Origin: Candidatus Peribacteria bacterium
Lineage (GTDB): Bacteria > Patescibacteriota > Gracilibacteria > Peribacterales > Peribacteraceae
NCBI GenBank assembly: GCA_041691135.1
Contig: JBEPVF010000004.1
Span: 74,511 to 138,510, forward strand
Direction of reading: 5' to 3'
Length of the DNA stretch: 64,000 nucleotides
Made by a program: the position numbers and the translations under genes
Shown: piece after piece, positions 19,662-28,741 of the stretch
Layout: each line of letters opens with the position of its first letter
How positions within the stretch are numbered: the first letter of the stretch is position 1
Notes under the pieces: model-generated
The model's database searches: none
Seen by the model: only the letters and a program-made list of their open reading frames with translations
Told to the model about the DNA's origin: nothing

Positions 19662-20846
19662 TCACGCCACCCATTCGCCGTGCAAAAAGCGGTAGGCGAA
19701 GAGCATCTGTATGAAGGCACAAAGAATCACGAAGGCGATCAACAAACCGGTCAATGGAAGTCTCCACTTTTTAATGGATGGCCTGTGTTGCGCCAAGTGG
19801 ACCCCCGCCAACGTCAGCAATATGTAGCTTGGCAATGTTTGCCTGATCATGCTATCGAAGTGGTTGTAGCCGGCCATGCTCGCTACGGCGATCAGCCAGA
19901 ACAGAAAGGCGGTGAGGTACAACGGAAGACGTGTTCGCCGGCTCAGATCTTTCTGGCTCAGATCAATCCCCAGTAGAACGATGAGCACAGCGAGAATAAA
20001 TGACACTGACAGTCGGCTTACCTGGATTGGATTGATATCGACTAGGGTCATCTGCGGCAGAACGGGCAGATAGGTGCTGGCTTGCAAAAGCGCGCCCGGA
20101 TTGAATGACGTTCCCCAGCCGATGCGTTCGGTTTGGAAGTAGAGATCCCACGCACCAAACTCGATGGCGCAATACGCGAAAAAAGCGATGCCCCCCATCA
20201 TTACCGCAAAAATCTTCAGCATCGAGGAGCGACGTCTGGAGGGGTTCGCGGCACCAGCGAGCGGGAGTGCTGCCAGTACAAAACCCGGCAGTCGCGTGAG
20301 ACCGGCGAAAAATCCGTGCACTGCGGTCAGGATAGTTCCGCGTCGATCATGTACGTCTGACCAGTACACAAAGCCGAGGACACAGAAAAGAAAAAGTGAC
20401 TCCGAGTACCCAAGTACCAAAAAGAGGCTGCTCGGGTACGAGAACATCAGCGCAACGCCTATCATCTGCAGACTGAGCGACACATTCCATCGCCGAAGGA
20501 GCAGTAGGACGTAGAGCCAGAATCCCACGGCGGCGAGTTCGGCCGGGATCAGTAGTGCCGGTATGATAGCCAGTCGCACGATGTGGTAGAAAAAAGCGAC
20601 GAGCAGCGGATAGCCCGGTAAGAATGCAACGTTCGAACCCGCATCCTGTGGTGTCGGCGGCAGAGTCGTGTGGTAGCCGGTCGCCGCAATATTGGCGTAC
20701 CAGCCGCTATCCCAATGGCCGAAGTTACTGAAGGATTCAGATAGTGTCGGCTTTCCGGATACTAAGAGGAGCAGGGCAATCTGTACTGCTGTCAGGCTGA
20801 TGGCGATGATCAGCAGCCGCGCCGGCGTAGAAAGGCTCAAAGTCAT
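19662..20846 (-). CDS. GT-C mannosyltransferase (PIG-V/GT76-like)
   Basis: WDSGWY..IA..GY, AFLPGYP, YSESLF, ..TR..G; ATGA overlap with the upstream SLH gene. Confidence 0.8.
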   Translation of the reverse strand: MTLSLSTPARLLIIAISLTAVQIALLLLVSGKPTLSESFSNFGHWDSGWYANIAATGYHTTLPPTPQDAGSNVAFLPGYPLLVAFFYHIVRLAIIPALLIPAELAAVGFWLYVLLLLRRWNVSLSLQMIGVALMFSYPSSLFLVLGYSESLFLFCVLGFVYWSDVHDRRGTILTAVHGFFAGLTRLPGFVLAALPLAGAANPSRRRSSMLKIFAVMMGGIAFFAYCAIEFGAWDLYFQTERIGWGTSFNPGALLQASTYLPVLPQMTLVDINPIQVSRLSVSFILAVLIVLLGIDLSQKDLSRRTRLPLYLTAFLFWLIAVASMAGYNHFDSMIRQTLPSYILLTLAGVHLAQHRPSIKKWRLPLTGLLIAFVILCAFIQMLFAYRFLHGEWVA

Positions 20847-21919
20847 TTGTCGCCGCATGATTCCTTGGTGCCCACGACTGCGACCGTATTGTGCATGCTG
20901 TCGTATGATGACGTGACGGTGCGCGTGCAGCTGTCTGCCTGATACGTTCCTGTAACAGGAATGAGTTCCTCCAATCGCCTACCAAAGGACTTGGCAGCGA
21001 AGGGGCCGGCGTACGAATCGGTGCGCGTTGCCTGCCGAAGAGTGTTTGCAGCTATGTTGTATCGGAAAATACCAGCCGGTTGTTCGCTGATGAAAATGAA
21101 TGTCGATGTATCAAGTGCGAAACAGGCGTCTGTCACATGCGTGGCATCCAAAGAAAGGCCGAGGTCTTTTGCCTTCGCTGTTAAAGTCGGAAACCATATT
21201 TTTTGATTGTAGTATGCAACTCCTTTGCAATCATCGAAGATCACCGGCGGCTCTTCGTCGTGCTCAAAGTACGTGCGCATCCACAGACCGGAAAATACTC
21301 CGGATGTCCTGCTCGCGTCGTGGTGCGACAGACGGTCGATCATCTCCACCATTTGGCCGCGCGTGATGGCCGAAGTGAATTGTGAAATATCAGTTGGAAT
21401 TGCATTTTGATTGGCGAGCGCATCGATGAACGGTTTGAACCAGTACGTACTAGTTTTGCCAGTCACAACTGTGTACGAAGTGCCATATGCCTGTGTATTC
21501 AGGCCGAACTTCTTGGTCAGGATTTTTGCTGCTTCGGCCAGGTTGATTGGCCGATCAGGTCCGAATGTTCCATCGCTATAGCCGCCCACGAGTCCTTCCT
21601 GCTGTGCGACACATACGGCACGGCCGTACCAGGCGAAGGGATCGACATCGCTGAATATTTTTTTCTGCTCATCACAGGTCGGATACGCCTTTGCTTTGCC
21701 AATGTTGTCTACCAAGATCTTCACGAACTCGGCGCGGTTGATCGTTTTGTCGGGGCGGAACGTCCCGTCGCTGTAACCGCCGACGATATTTTCCTCCTGC
21801 GCGCGCGTCACGGCTGCGTAGTGGTAGCTGCTGGGTGGAACATCATCAAAACCTTGTCCTAGGGCAAAGGCAGTAGGAATAAGGAGGAATAAGCCTGCGA
21901 GACCGTAGAAGTGTTTCAT
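20843..21919 (-). CDS. S-layer homology (SLH) domain protein
   Basis: Signal peptide; F.DV, GYSDGTFRPD.TINRAE, GYSDGTFGPD.PINLAE, ITRGQ repeats. Confidence 0.88.
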   Translation of the reverse strand: MKHFYGLAGLFLLIPTAFALGQGFDDVPPSSYHYAAVTRAQEENIVGGYSDGTFRPDKTINRAEFVKILVDNIGKAKAYPTCDEQKKIFSDVDPFAWYGRAVCVAQQEGLVGGYSDGTFGPDRPINLAEAAKILTKKFGLNTQAYGTSYTVVTGKTSTYWFKPFIDALANQNAIPTDISQFTSAITRGQMVEMIDRLSHHDASRTSGVFSGLWMRTYFEHDEEPPVIFDDCKGVAYYNQKIWFPTLTAKAKDLGLSLDATHVTDACFALDTSTFIFISEQPAGIFRYNIAANTLRQATRTDSYAGPFAAKSFGRRLEELIPVTGTYQADSCTRTVTSSYDSMHNTVAVVGTKESCGDK

Positions 21920-21954
21920 AGAGGAGAGTGAAGGTTTCTCAATGCTACACTATA

Positions 21955-22000
21955 GCGAAGCCGGGGTGGCGACCCGTCTTCGCTTGCGAGCTACGCCGGG
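21955..22000. repeat. REP-like palindromic element (cttcgc-N5/6-gctacg family)
   Basis: gcgaag-ccggg...cccg-t-cttcgc hairpin followed by ttgcgagctacgcc; related element at ~26808-26838. Confidence 0.45.
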
Positions 22001-22046
22001 TTTGTTTGTGGTTGTTCTTCTTTTCATGGATTATATGTTCACCTTT

Positions 22047-22132
22047 GCCGGGGTGGCGAAATGGCAGACGCATCAGCCTTAGGAGCTGACGGGAGCAATC
22101 CCATGGAGGTTCAAGTCCTCTCCCCGGCACCA
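22047..22132 (+). tRNA. tRNA-Leu (anticodon TAG)
   Basis: Acceptor stem GCCGGGG/CCCCGGC, anticodon arm TCAGC-CTTAGGA-GCTGA, long variable arm GGGA-GCAA-TCCC, T loop TTCAAGT, encoded CCA. Confidence 0.96.
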
Positions 22133-22201
22133 TTCGGCTTGGCCAGAATGTACTATGCAACATCGCTGTAACAACACTCAAAGTACTCTATACTTTGCCT
22201 A

Positions 22202-23506
22202 ATGACTGCCCCCCGCTTTCTCCTCCTTTCTTTTGCCGTGTTGATCACAGGCTGTGCAACGCACGTGAATGACGGCGCAGGGACAAGTTCATCATCTGCC
22301 GTTTCGTCGTCAGCTGCATCCGGCACTACAAGTAGTGAATCATTTTCACTCTCTCTCCTCGCCTTCGGCGACAATGGAATTCTGGGTACGGCAGATGAAG
22401 TGGCAGTGCCTTTCTTGACGAGCTCGGGCAGCGGTGACTTGTACGATGTGAACATTCTTACCAAAAACGGCATGCGGACTATTGTTCACTACAATGAAAA
22501 CCTTGCCGATGGATCAAATGCACAGGCGTATGTCATGGCTCCCGAGAGCCTCATCTATATCGCTGGTATCGGGAAAGACGGTTTCAGTGTCTACGACTTT
22601 GACGGCAACAATCATACGAATGCGTACGGCTGGCTGAAGAACAAGCCGTTCAGTGTCGCAAAACTGTATCGTATCGGCGATAGTCAGATCGCCTACGGTG
22701 TTCATGCCGCCGATGTGGGACAGGGTACTGGCAGCATGAGAAAAGATGTTGCAGGTATCTATCTGCGTCGTATCAGCGATGGATCGGAAAAAGCTTTCCC
22801 GATGTCGAAAGTAGGACTGGAAGGACTTGATGGCTTGCAGCCGCTGTGCCTATCGGCCGATGGCAAGTCGCTCTACGTCCGACACGAATTGTGGGAAGGC
22901 TTCTCGTACGGATCCGTTTGGAAATTGCGGTTGTCTGATTTGAAAGCAGAGCCGATCTTCGTAGACAAAGATAAGATCTATAGTTATCACTGCAGCGACC
23001 GGCATGATCTGATCTTGGGGGTCCGAACGGAAAAAAATGAGGCATTCGGCATGGGCGCAGCAGCGTGGCCTCCTACATCGTTGGTGCTGTTCGATGGCGC
23101 AAAAGGCACGTCGAAAACATTGATCGAATTCAAAGATAAACTTATCGATAGCGCGTTCATTACTCCTGATGGGCACGCAATTGTGTATGCGGTTATCGCA
23201 GCAGCGGAAAAACTGAAGAGTGATTACAACTATCCTTTTGAAGGGACTGGTGCCATTAGGGAGCTGTTCATGATGTCGATTGATGGATCTGGAAATCGCT
23301 CCATCGGACACTTCGATACAATCGCAGGCATGTCACACGATGGAACGGTCATCGTTGTCGGAAAACAAGCGGGTGAACCATATGCCGACAGCAAGGCGTA
23401 CTCCATCCTCAACACACAAGACGGACGTGTTGCTCCGCTGACCGATGATGGTTTTAGTGAAGTCATTGCCTGTAGTTACGGTCAGGGTTTCGACTGCAAT
23501 TATTAG
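22202..23506 (+). CDS. Lipoprotein with Ser-rich tether and probable beta-propeller (TolB-like)
   Basis: Lipobox ITGC; Ser run; LSADGKSLY, ITPDGHAIVY and MSHDGTVIV blade-like motifs. Confidence 0.7.
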   Translation: MTAPRFLLLSFAVLITGCATHVNDGAGTSSSSAVSSSAASGTTSSESFSLSLLAFGDNGILGTADEVAVPFLTSSGSGDLYDVNILTKNGMRTIVHYNENLADGSNAQAYVMAPESLIYIAGIGKDGFSVYDFDGNNHTNAYGWLKNKPFSVAKLYRIGDSQIAYGVHAADVGQGTGSMRKDVAGIYLRRISDGSEKAFPMSKVGLEGLDGLQPLCLSADGKSLYVRHELWEGFSYGSVWKLRLSDLKAEPIFVDKDKIYSYHCSDRHDLILGVRTEKNEAFGMGAAAWPPTSLVLFDGAKGTSKTLIEFKDKLIDSAFITPDGHAIVYAVIAAAEKLKSDYNYPFEGTGAIRELFMMSIDGSGNRSIGHFDTIAGMSHDGTVIVVGKQAGEPYADSKAYSILNTQDGRVAPLTDDGFSEVIACSYGQGFDCNY

Positions 23507-23600
23507 ATATATTTCAATTTATATTTTAAATATGTCAATGATCTGGATGGGCCATCCTCTACAGGAATTCGTCGTACGCTCAGTTGAGTAGGATGTTAGA

Positions 23601-23629
23601 TTGCAAAAATCGGCTTAAAATGCTAAAAT
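23601..23629 (+). promoter_or_regulatory. Sigma70-type promoter of module 2
   Basis: TTGCAA-17 nt-TAAAAT with TG extension. Confidence 0.55.
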
Positions 23630-23649
23630 GAATAGAAATATTGACACCT

Positions 23650-23997
23650 ATGCCCGAATCACAAACATCCACTTTAATGCCTGTCGTCCCGGTCTTACCG
23701 GAGGCGAACGAGGTCTACGACGCCATCATGCGCGAGATTGAACCGGAGCTGACGACGGCACTGCTGTCGACCCTTGAGCAGACCTACAAAAATGAAACAC
23801 CCGAGCAGGCCGAGACGCGCAGCGTGCGCTACCGCGCGGCTCTCGTGGAGTACGAGAAGCGGTTCAATGCATACATGCTGGAATTGGAGGGCCAGGTGCG
23901 TGGGTTTCAAAAGGCAGCAAGTGTCTACGCCGAGGCGCAGGAATCGGGGGCCGACCAGACAAAGTTGGATCAACTCGAAACAGCTCTTTCTTTCTAG
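23650..23997 (+). CDS. Conserved ~115-aa helical hypothetical protein (paralog of 15808-16140)
   Basis: YDAIMREIEPELT...LEQTYKNETPEQAETRSVRY. Confidence 0.8.
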   Translation: MPESQTSTLMPVVPVLPEANEVYDAIMREIEPELTTALLSTLEQTYKNETPEQAETRSVRYRAALVEYEKRFNAYMLELEGQVRGFQKAASVYAEAQESGADQTKLDQLETALSF

Positions 23998-24000
23998 TCT

Positions 24001-25836
24001 ATGACTGACTTTCTCTTTCATACTCACTCTCTCCGCGAGACGCGACTCGTGTTCAAAGATGCTGCGCCTAACGGGCCCATCGATATTCCCGCAATGGCGA
24101 ATGATTTGATGGGCAACTTGGCAGAGGGCAAAAAGAATATGCTCCCCAACCAAGTGGTGGACATGGCAAAGGGTATGAGGGGCGAAGCGGTCAGACGCGT
24201 TAATCTGGTGCAGGAGCAATTTCGGCAAATCGGAGATAAGGCGCGGATCGGTCAGCTTGCCAGTGATATTTCCGATCCACAGCAGAAGGAAAAATTTACG
24301 ACCTTGCTCATGAAGATGAAGCCGGTAGAGCAGAAGACAGCGCTCTATTCAGTGTTGGCCAACGTTGCTGCGGATCAGCGCCTGCCTCTCGTCGAAGTGG
24401 CGGCAACACTGTTTCAGCAGCCGGAAGATGTGCGCGATGCAGTGCTGGAGCGGGCACAAAATCCTGACAAAGCCGACGAACGCCGTAATAAACTGAATCC
24501 TCAACAGAGAGCCGTGCTCGATGGATACGAGAGCAAGCTCACTGAACAAGAGCGCGGACTCATCAAGCAGCTGATTGTATTGCTCCAGCCCATCATCGAG
24601 GGATCGGTGGAAATTCCACCCACCAAGCAGCCGCAAATCAAAAAGATTCTTGATCAATTTGCTAAAAACCACTTGGGAGTCCAGGGCCGTGAGTATGCGT
24701 TGTCGCAGTTGCAGACGCTTGGTGTGGAACTCGCGAGCGCCGAACAGGCACTGGATTCAAACCCACCGGACTACAGCAAGATTCGCATGAAGCAGGGCAA
24801 GCCAGGTGATCTCGCACTCTATCAGTTTGCAGGTTTTATGGAACAAGCCGGCTTGTTGCTGAGGATGGTGATGAAAGACGGAGAGCTCGATGGTCGTCAG
24901 CTACTGAATAAATCAATAAGTACTTTCAATCGTGTTCATCGTGTGTCGCTTACGCGCCAGCCGCGCATCGGACTTGTGACATATAAGGGAAAAGATAAAG
25001 AGGAACCGAAACAAATACAGGTGGAAGATTTGAGTATTACTGCCAAAGATATTGATATGCTGGAGCCGGGGCATCTTGCCAGACGTATGGAAAAGATAGC
25101 CAGGACACTCATGGACGATGAGCGGTTGCCCCAGGCAGCGCTGCCTGGCGAGAAACGCGTGATACTGGCGGATGATAAGGCGAGCGTGAAAGTGACCAAC
25201 GTAACCGACAGCGATATGCGCCGCATCATGTTACTGCTGGAGCGTGACGACACGCTCGTGGATCCGGTGGGTGTTGTGGTAGAGAAGCGTGGGGAGCCGC
25301 CATTGCCGAAGAGCGCGGAGCAGGCCAAACAGGAGAAACGACCGGGGACACGATTGCTGGATGGTAAGAAGGAACTGGAAGCCAAAGAGGCAGAGAAAAA
25401 ACAGATTGATGATCGTCTCAAAGACCTGCGACCCGATGAAGAAAAAGCGCAACGTCTGAAGAACAGGCAAAAAACCATGGAAGAAAATATAGTGGAATTG
25501 AAGAAGTCACTGGATCTCTTGAAAAAAGAACAGGAGCGCCGCACTGCGTATCACGCGCAGATCGAAAAGGTATTGAAGCAATTGAAAGATTTGCCCTTGG
25601 ATACGGTGAAAGTGAACGACGACGGCGAAAGCATCGATATCAAGCTGAAAGAAAAGTTTTCCCCGGCCGCCAAGCAGATGATGGATGTGGCGGTCAAAAC
25701 GATACAGTGGCAGTACGAAGCCGACAGCGACGGGCTCAAGCTGACTATCAAAGATCTGGCGCCCGAATTCTGGGAGGAGAAAAAGATCGAATCGTTCCCC
25801 GCCCAATTCGCCACGGCTGCCGAACCCAAAAAATAG
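24001..25836 (+). CDS. Large helical/coiled-coil hypothetical protein with N-terminal HSLRETRLVF motif
   Basis: 611-aa ORF starting 3 nt after the upstream stop; no signal peptide or TM segment. Confidence 0.75.
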   Translation: MTDFLFHTHSLRETRLVFKDAAPNGPIDIPAMANDLMGNLAEGKKNMLPNQVVDMAKGMRGEAVRRVNLVQEQFRQIGDKARIGQLASDISDPQQKEKFTTLLMKMKPVEQKTALYSVLANVAADQRLPLVEVAATLFQQPEDVRDAVLERAQNPDKADERRNKLNPQQRAVLDGYESKLTEQERGLIKQLIVLLQPIIEGSVEIPPTKQPQIKKILDQFAKNHLGVQGREYALSQLQTLGVELASAEQALDSNPPDYSKIRMKQGKPGDLALYQFAGFMEQAGLLLRMVMKDGELDGRQLLNKSISTFNRVHRVSLTRQPRIGLVTYKGKDKEEPKQIQVEDLSITAKDIDMLEPGHLARRMEKIARTLMDDERLPQAALPGEKRVILADDKASVKVTNVTDSDMRRIMLLLERDDTLVDPVGVVVEKRGEPPLPKSAEQAKQEKRPGTRLLDGKKELEAKEAEKKQIDDRLKDLRPDEEKAQRLKNRQKTMEENIVELKKSLDLLKKEQERRTAYHAQIEKVLKQLKDLPLDTVKVNDDGESIDIKLKEKFSPAAKQMMDVAVKTIQWQYEADSDGLKLTIKDLAPEFWEEKKIESFPAQFATAAEPKK

Positions 25837-25837
25837 C

Positions 25838-26788
25838 TTAGGATTTCGCCGGTTCTTCTTTTTGCGCCGCATTCTTCCGTTCGTCTTTAATGCGCGCTTT
25901 CAGCTGGTAGAGAGTGGCATCGATTTCGGCTTTCTTTCGACGCGTATCGGCTTCCACTTCGGTCTTCTTGCGTGTGGTCAGAACTTCCGAATCACGTCGT
26001 CGCATGCGCAGATCAGATTCCATCGTCGCCGTTGATTTGGCCGCATCGCGATCCATCTGAATGCGCAGGCGCTGCTCTTCCAGTTGTATTTCCCGTTCAC
26101 GCTGATTGCGCTTCTGCATGTCGGCGATGGCGCCTAGTTCGGTCATCTTCCGCCGTGCATCGGATTCCATCTGCGTCTTCTGGCGGATTTGTTCTGAAAA
26201 GAGTCCGGCCTGTTTCTCGCGTGCTTCGCGTTCCAAGCTCTCTTTGACTCGCAGCAACTCGCGTTCCAGATCATTCTTCTGTCGTCGTTCGTCGTTATCG
26301 GCTTCCAGTTTAGCGTGCTGTGCATCCTTCTCCGCCTGCAGGAGTCGCTGCTTCATCTCCTGATCCAGCTCGTACTCGCGCTTGTCCTCCTTGGCTTTCT
26401 TATCGGCGGCTTCGTGCAGACTTGTCAGGTATGCCTGCTGCTTCTCGCGATACGCGCGTTCCTCGGCACTTTTTTCCTCCACGGCCCGTCGCTCGGCTTC
26501 GCGACGCTGCTTATCGACTTCGAGCTCTTCCTTTCGTTTCTTATCGGTCTCACGCCATTCTCTCGCTGCCTGCTCTTTCTGTACTTCCTGCGCCTCAGCT
26601 TGCTTTAAATCGTCAGCTGCACGGCTTTCGATATCGTCGCGCAGGCGTTCCCGTTCATCTTTCTCCAATTTCTGAGCAGCTTCCAGTGCTTGTTGTTGTT
26701 TTAGGCTCTCGTCCTGAAATTTCTGCGCATCAGTAGTGGGCTTGGATTGGAACGGGGAAGTACCTTGCTGCGTCGGATCGTCGGTCAT
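25838..26788 (-). CDS. Highly charged coiled-coil protein
   Basis: E/K/R/Q-rich, almost no Pro or Gly in the core; start placed at MTDDPT, 7 nt after TATGCT. Confidence 0.75.
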   Translation of the reverse strand: MTDDPTQQGTSPFQSKPTTDAQKFQDESLKQQQALEAAQKLEKDERERLRDDIESRAADDLKQAEAQEVQKEQAAREWRETDKKRKEELEVDKQRREAERRAVEEKSAEERAYREKQQAYLTSLHEAADKKAKEDKREYELDQEMKQRLLQAEKDAQHAKLEADNDERRQKNDLERELLRVKESLEREAREKQAGLFSEQIRQKTQMESDARRKMTELGAIADMQKRNQREREIQLEEQRLRIQMDRDAAKSTATMESDLRMRRRDSEVLTTRKKTEVEADTRRKKAEIDATLYQLKARIKDERKNAAQKEEPAKS

Positions 26789-26858
26789 GGGAATTAGCAT
26801 AACAGATCCGCCTTCGCCTGTGGGCTACGGCGCGACAAACGAAATTAACGAATGAAAT

Positions 26859-28619
26859 CTACTCTACAACTTGGATCCCGAGTTCCTTCAATTGCTTGTC
26901 CATCACCATCGATGGTGCGCCCATCATAATATCCTGAGCTTTGCCGTTCTTGGGGAAGGCGTAGATGTCGCGGATGGACGGGAATTCCCACAGCATCATC
27001 ATCAAGCGGTCGATGCCCGGCGCGCAGCCGCCGTGGGGTGGTGCGCCGTACTGAAACGCTTTGATCATGCCGCCGAACTTCTTGTCGACGTCGTCCTTGG
27101 TGTAGCCGGCGATCTCGAATGCTTTGTACATGATATCTGGTCGGTGGTTTCGGATCGCGCCGCTCATCAGTTCGAAACCGTTGGATGCCAGGTCGTACTG
27201 ATAGGCCAGGATCTCGGTGGGGTCTTTGGTCAATAGCGCCTCCATGCCGCCTTGTGGCATGCTGAACGGGTTGTGCGAGAAGTCGATCTTGCCTTCCTGC
27301 TCGCTCCACTCGTACATCGGAAAGTCCACGATCCAACACCAGGCTGCCTTCTTGGGATCCATCAGCCCCTGCCTCCTGGCAATTTCGATGCGCACCTGGC
27401 CCAGTGCCTTGCAGGCCGTCTCCCATTTGTCAGCAGCGAAAAAGACCGCGTCGCCGGACTTCAGGCCCAGCTCGTTCACGATCCTTTGAGCGACATCATC
27501 ACCCAAGAATTTGACGATAGGCGACTGGAGTTCTTTATCTTTGATCAAGATGTAGGCAAGTCCCTTGAGGCCGTAGATTTTGGCTGTTTCGGTCAGCTGA
27601 TCGATATCCTTGCGGCTCATGTCGGCACCTTTGAGGACTGGTAATGCTTTCACCACGCCTTTTTTATCCAGCACATCGTTGAACACACCGAAGCCGGAGC
27701 CCTTCACAATATCCGACACATCGTGGAGCTTCATCTCGTAGCGCAGATCCGGTTTGTCCGAACCATAAGTGCTCATCGCCTCGCGCCACGGAATGCGTGG
27801 GAAGGGACTGAACATAATCTTCTTGTCCGAAAACTTCTCCGTCACCTGGATGATGAGCGGCTCGATCACGCCGAAGATATCTTCCTGCGTGACAAAACTC
27901 ATCTCCATATCCAGTTGGTAGAACTCGCCCGGATGTCGGTCGGCACGCGGATCTTCGTCGCGGAAACAGGGTGCGATCTGGAAGTAGCGGTCGAGACCGG
28001 CCACCATCAGGAGCTGTTTGAACTGCTGCGGTGCCTGTGGCAATGCATAGAACATTCCTTTGTGCAGGCGGCTCGGCACCAGATAATCGCGTGCGCCTTC
28101 GGGGCTGGAGTTAGCCAAAATCGGCGTCTGTACTTCGGTGAAGTGCTGACCGTGCATGTACTCGCGGATAAAGGTAATGAGCTTATCGCGTTGCACCATG
28201 ATGTCCTGCATGCGCGGACGTCGCAGGTCAAGGAAGCGGTACTGCAATCGCAGTTCCTCGTTCACTTCTTTGTCCTGATCGATTTCGAATGGCGGGGTCT
28301 TCGATTCGCTGAGCACTTCCATGTTTGCCACCGTCACTTCGATAGCGCCGGTCGGATTATCTTCGCGTACAGCACCTTCCTGTCGCTTGCTCACCGTGCC
28401 GTCAACTTTGAGCACCCATTCGGGGCGTACCGACTCAGCCTGTTTGAAGACGGCTTTGTCCTCGGGCTTGATGACGATCTGCGTCAGACCGTAATGATCG
28501 CGCAGGTCGATGAAGATCAGGCCGCCGTGGTCGCGCCGGCGATGCACCCAACCGCACAGGGTGGTGCTCTTTCCGTCGTGCTCCTGGCGTAACTCGCCGC
28601 AGGTGTGAGTGCGTAACAT
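26859..28619 (-). CDS. aspS: Aspartyl-tRNA synthetase (probably non-discriminating Asp/Asn type)
   Basis: MLRTHTCGEL, RRDHGGLIF, LPQAPQQFKQ, FRDED.RADR, PPHGG.APGIDR. Confidence 0.97.
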   Translation of the reverse strand: MLRTHTCGELRQEHDGKSTTLCGWVHRRRDHGGLIFIDLRDHYGLTQIVIKPEDKAVFKQAESVRPEWVLKVDGTVSKRQEGAVREDNPTGAIEVTVANMEVLSESKTPPFEIDQDKEVNEELRLQYRFLDLRRPRMQDIMVQRDKLITFIREYMHGQHFTEVQTPILANSSPEGARDYLVPSRLHKGMFYALPQAPQQFKQLLMVAGLDRYFQIAPCFRDEDPRADRHPGEFYQLDMEMSFVTQEDIFGVIEPLIIQVTEKFSDKKIMFSPFPRIPWREAMSTYGSDKPDLRYEMKLHDVSDIVKGSGFGVFNDVLDKKGVVKALPVLKGADMSRKDIDQLTETAKIYGLKGLAYILIKDKELQSPIVKFLGDDVAQRIVNELGLKSGDAVFFAADKWETACKALGQVRIEIARRQGLMDPKKAAWCWIVDFPMYEWSEQEGKIDFSHNPFSMPQGGMEALLTKDPTEILAYQYDLASNGFELMSGAIRNHRPDIMYKAFEIAGYTKDDVDKKFGGMIKAFQYGAPPHGGCAPGIDRLMMMLWEFPSIRDIYAFPKNGKAQDIMMGAPSMVMDKQLKELGIQVVE

Positions 28620-28741
28620 ACGTAGAAGAAGTGTAGCAGGCCGGGTATCCTAGCACGAATGTTTGGCGTGGATAGGCTATATCAACGTAGCCGAACAGTG
28701 AGCAATTTGACAGATACAGTGGCCATGTTCAAAGTGTAAAC

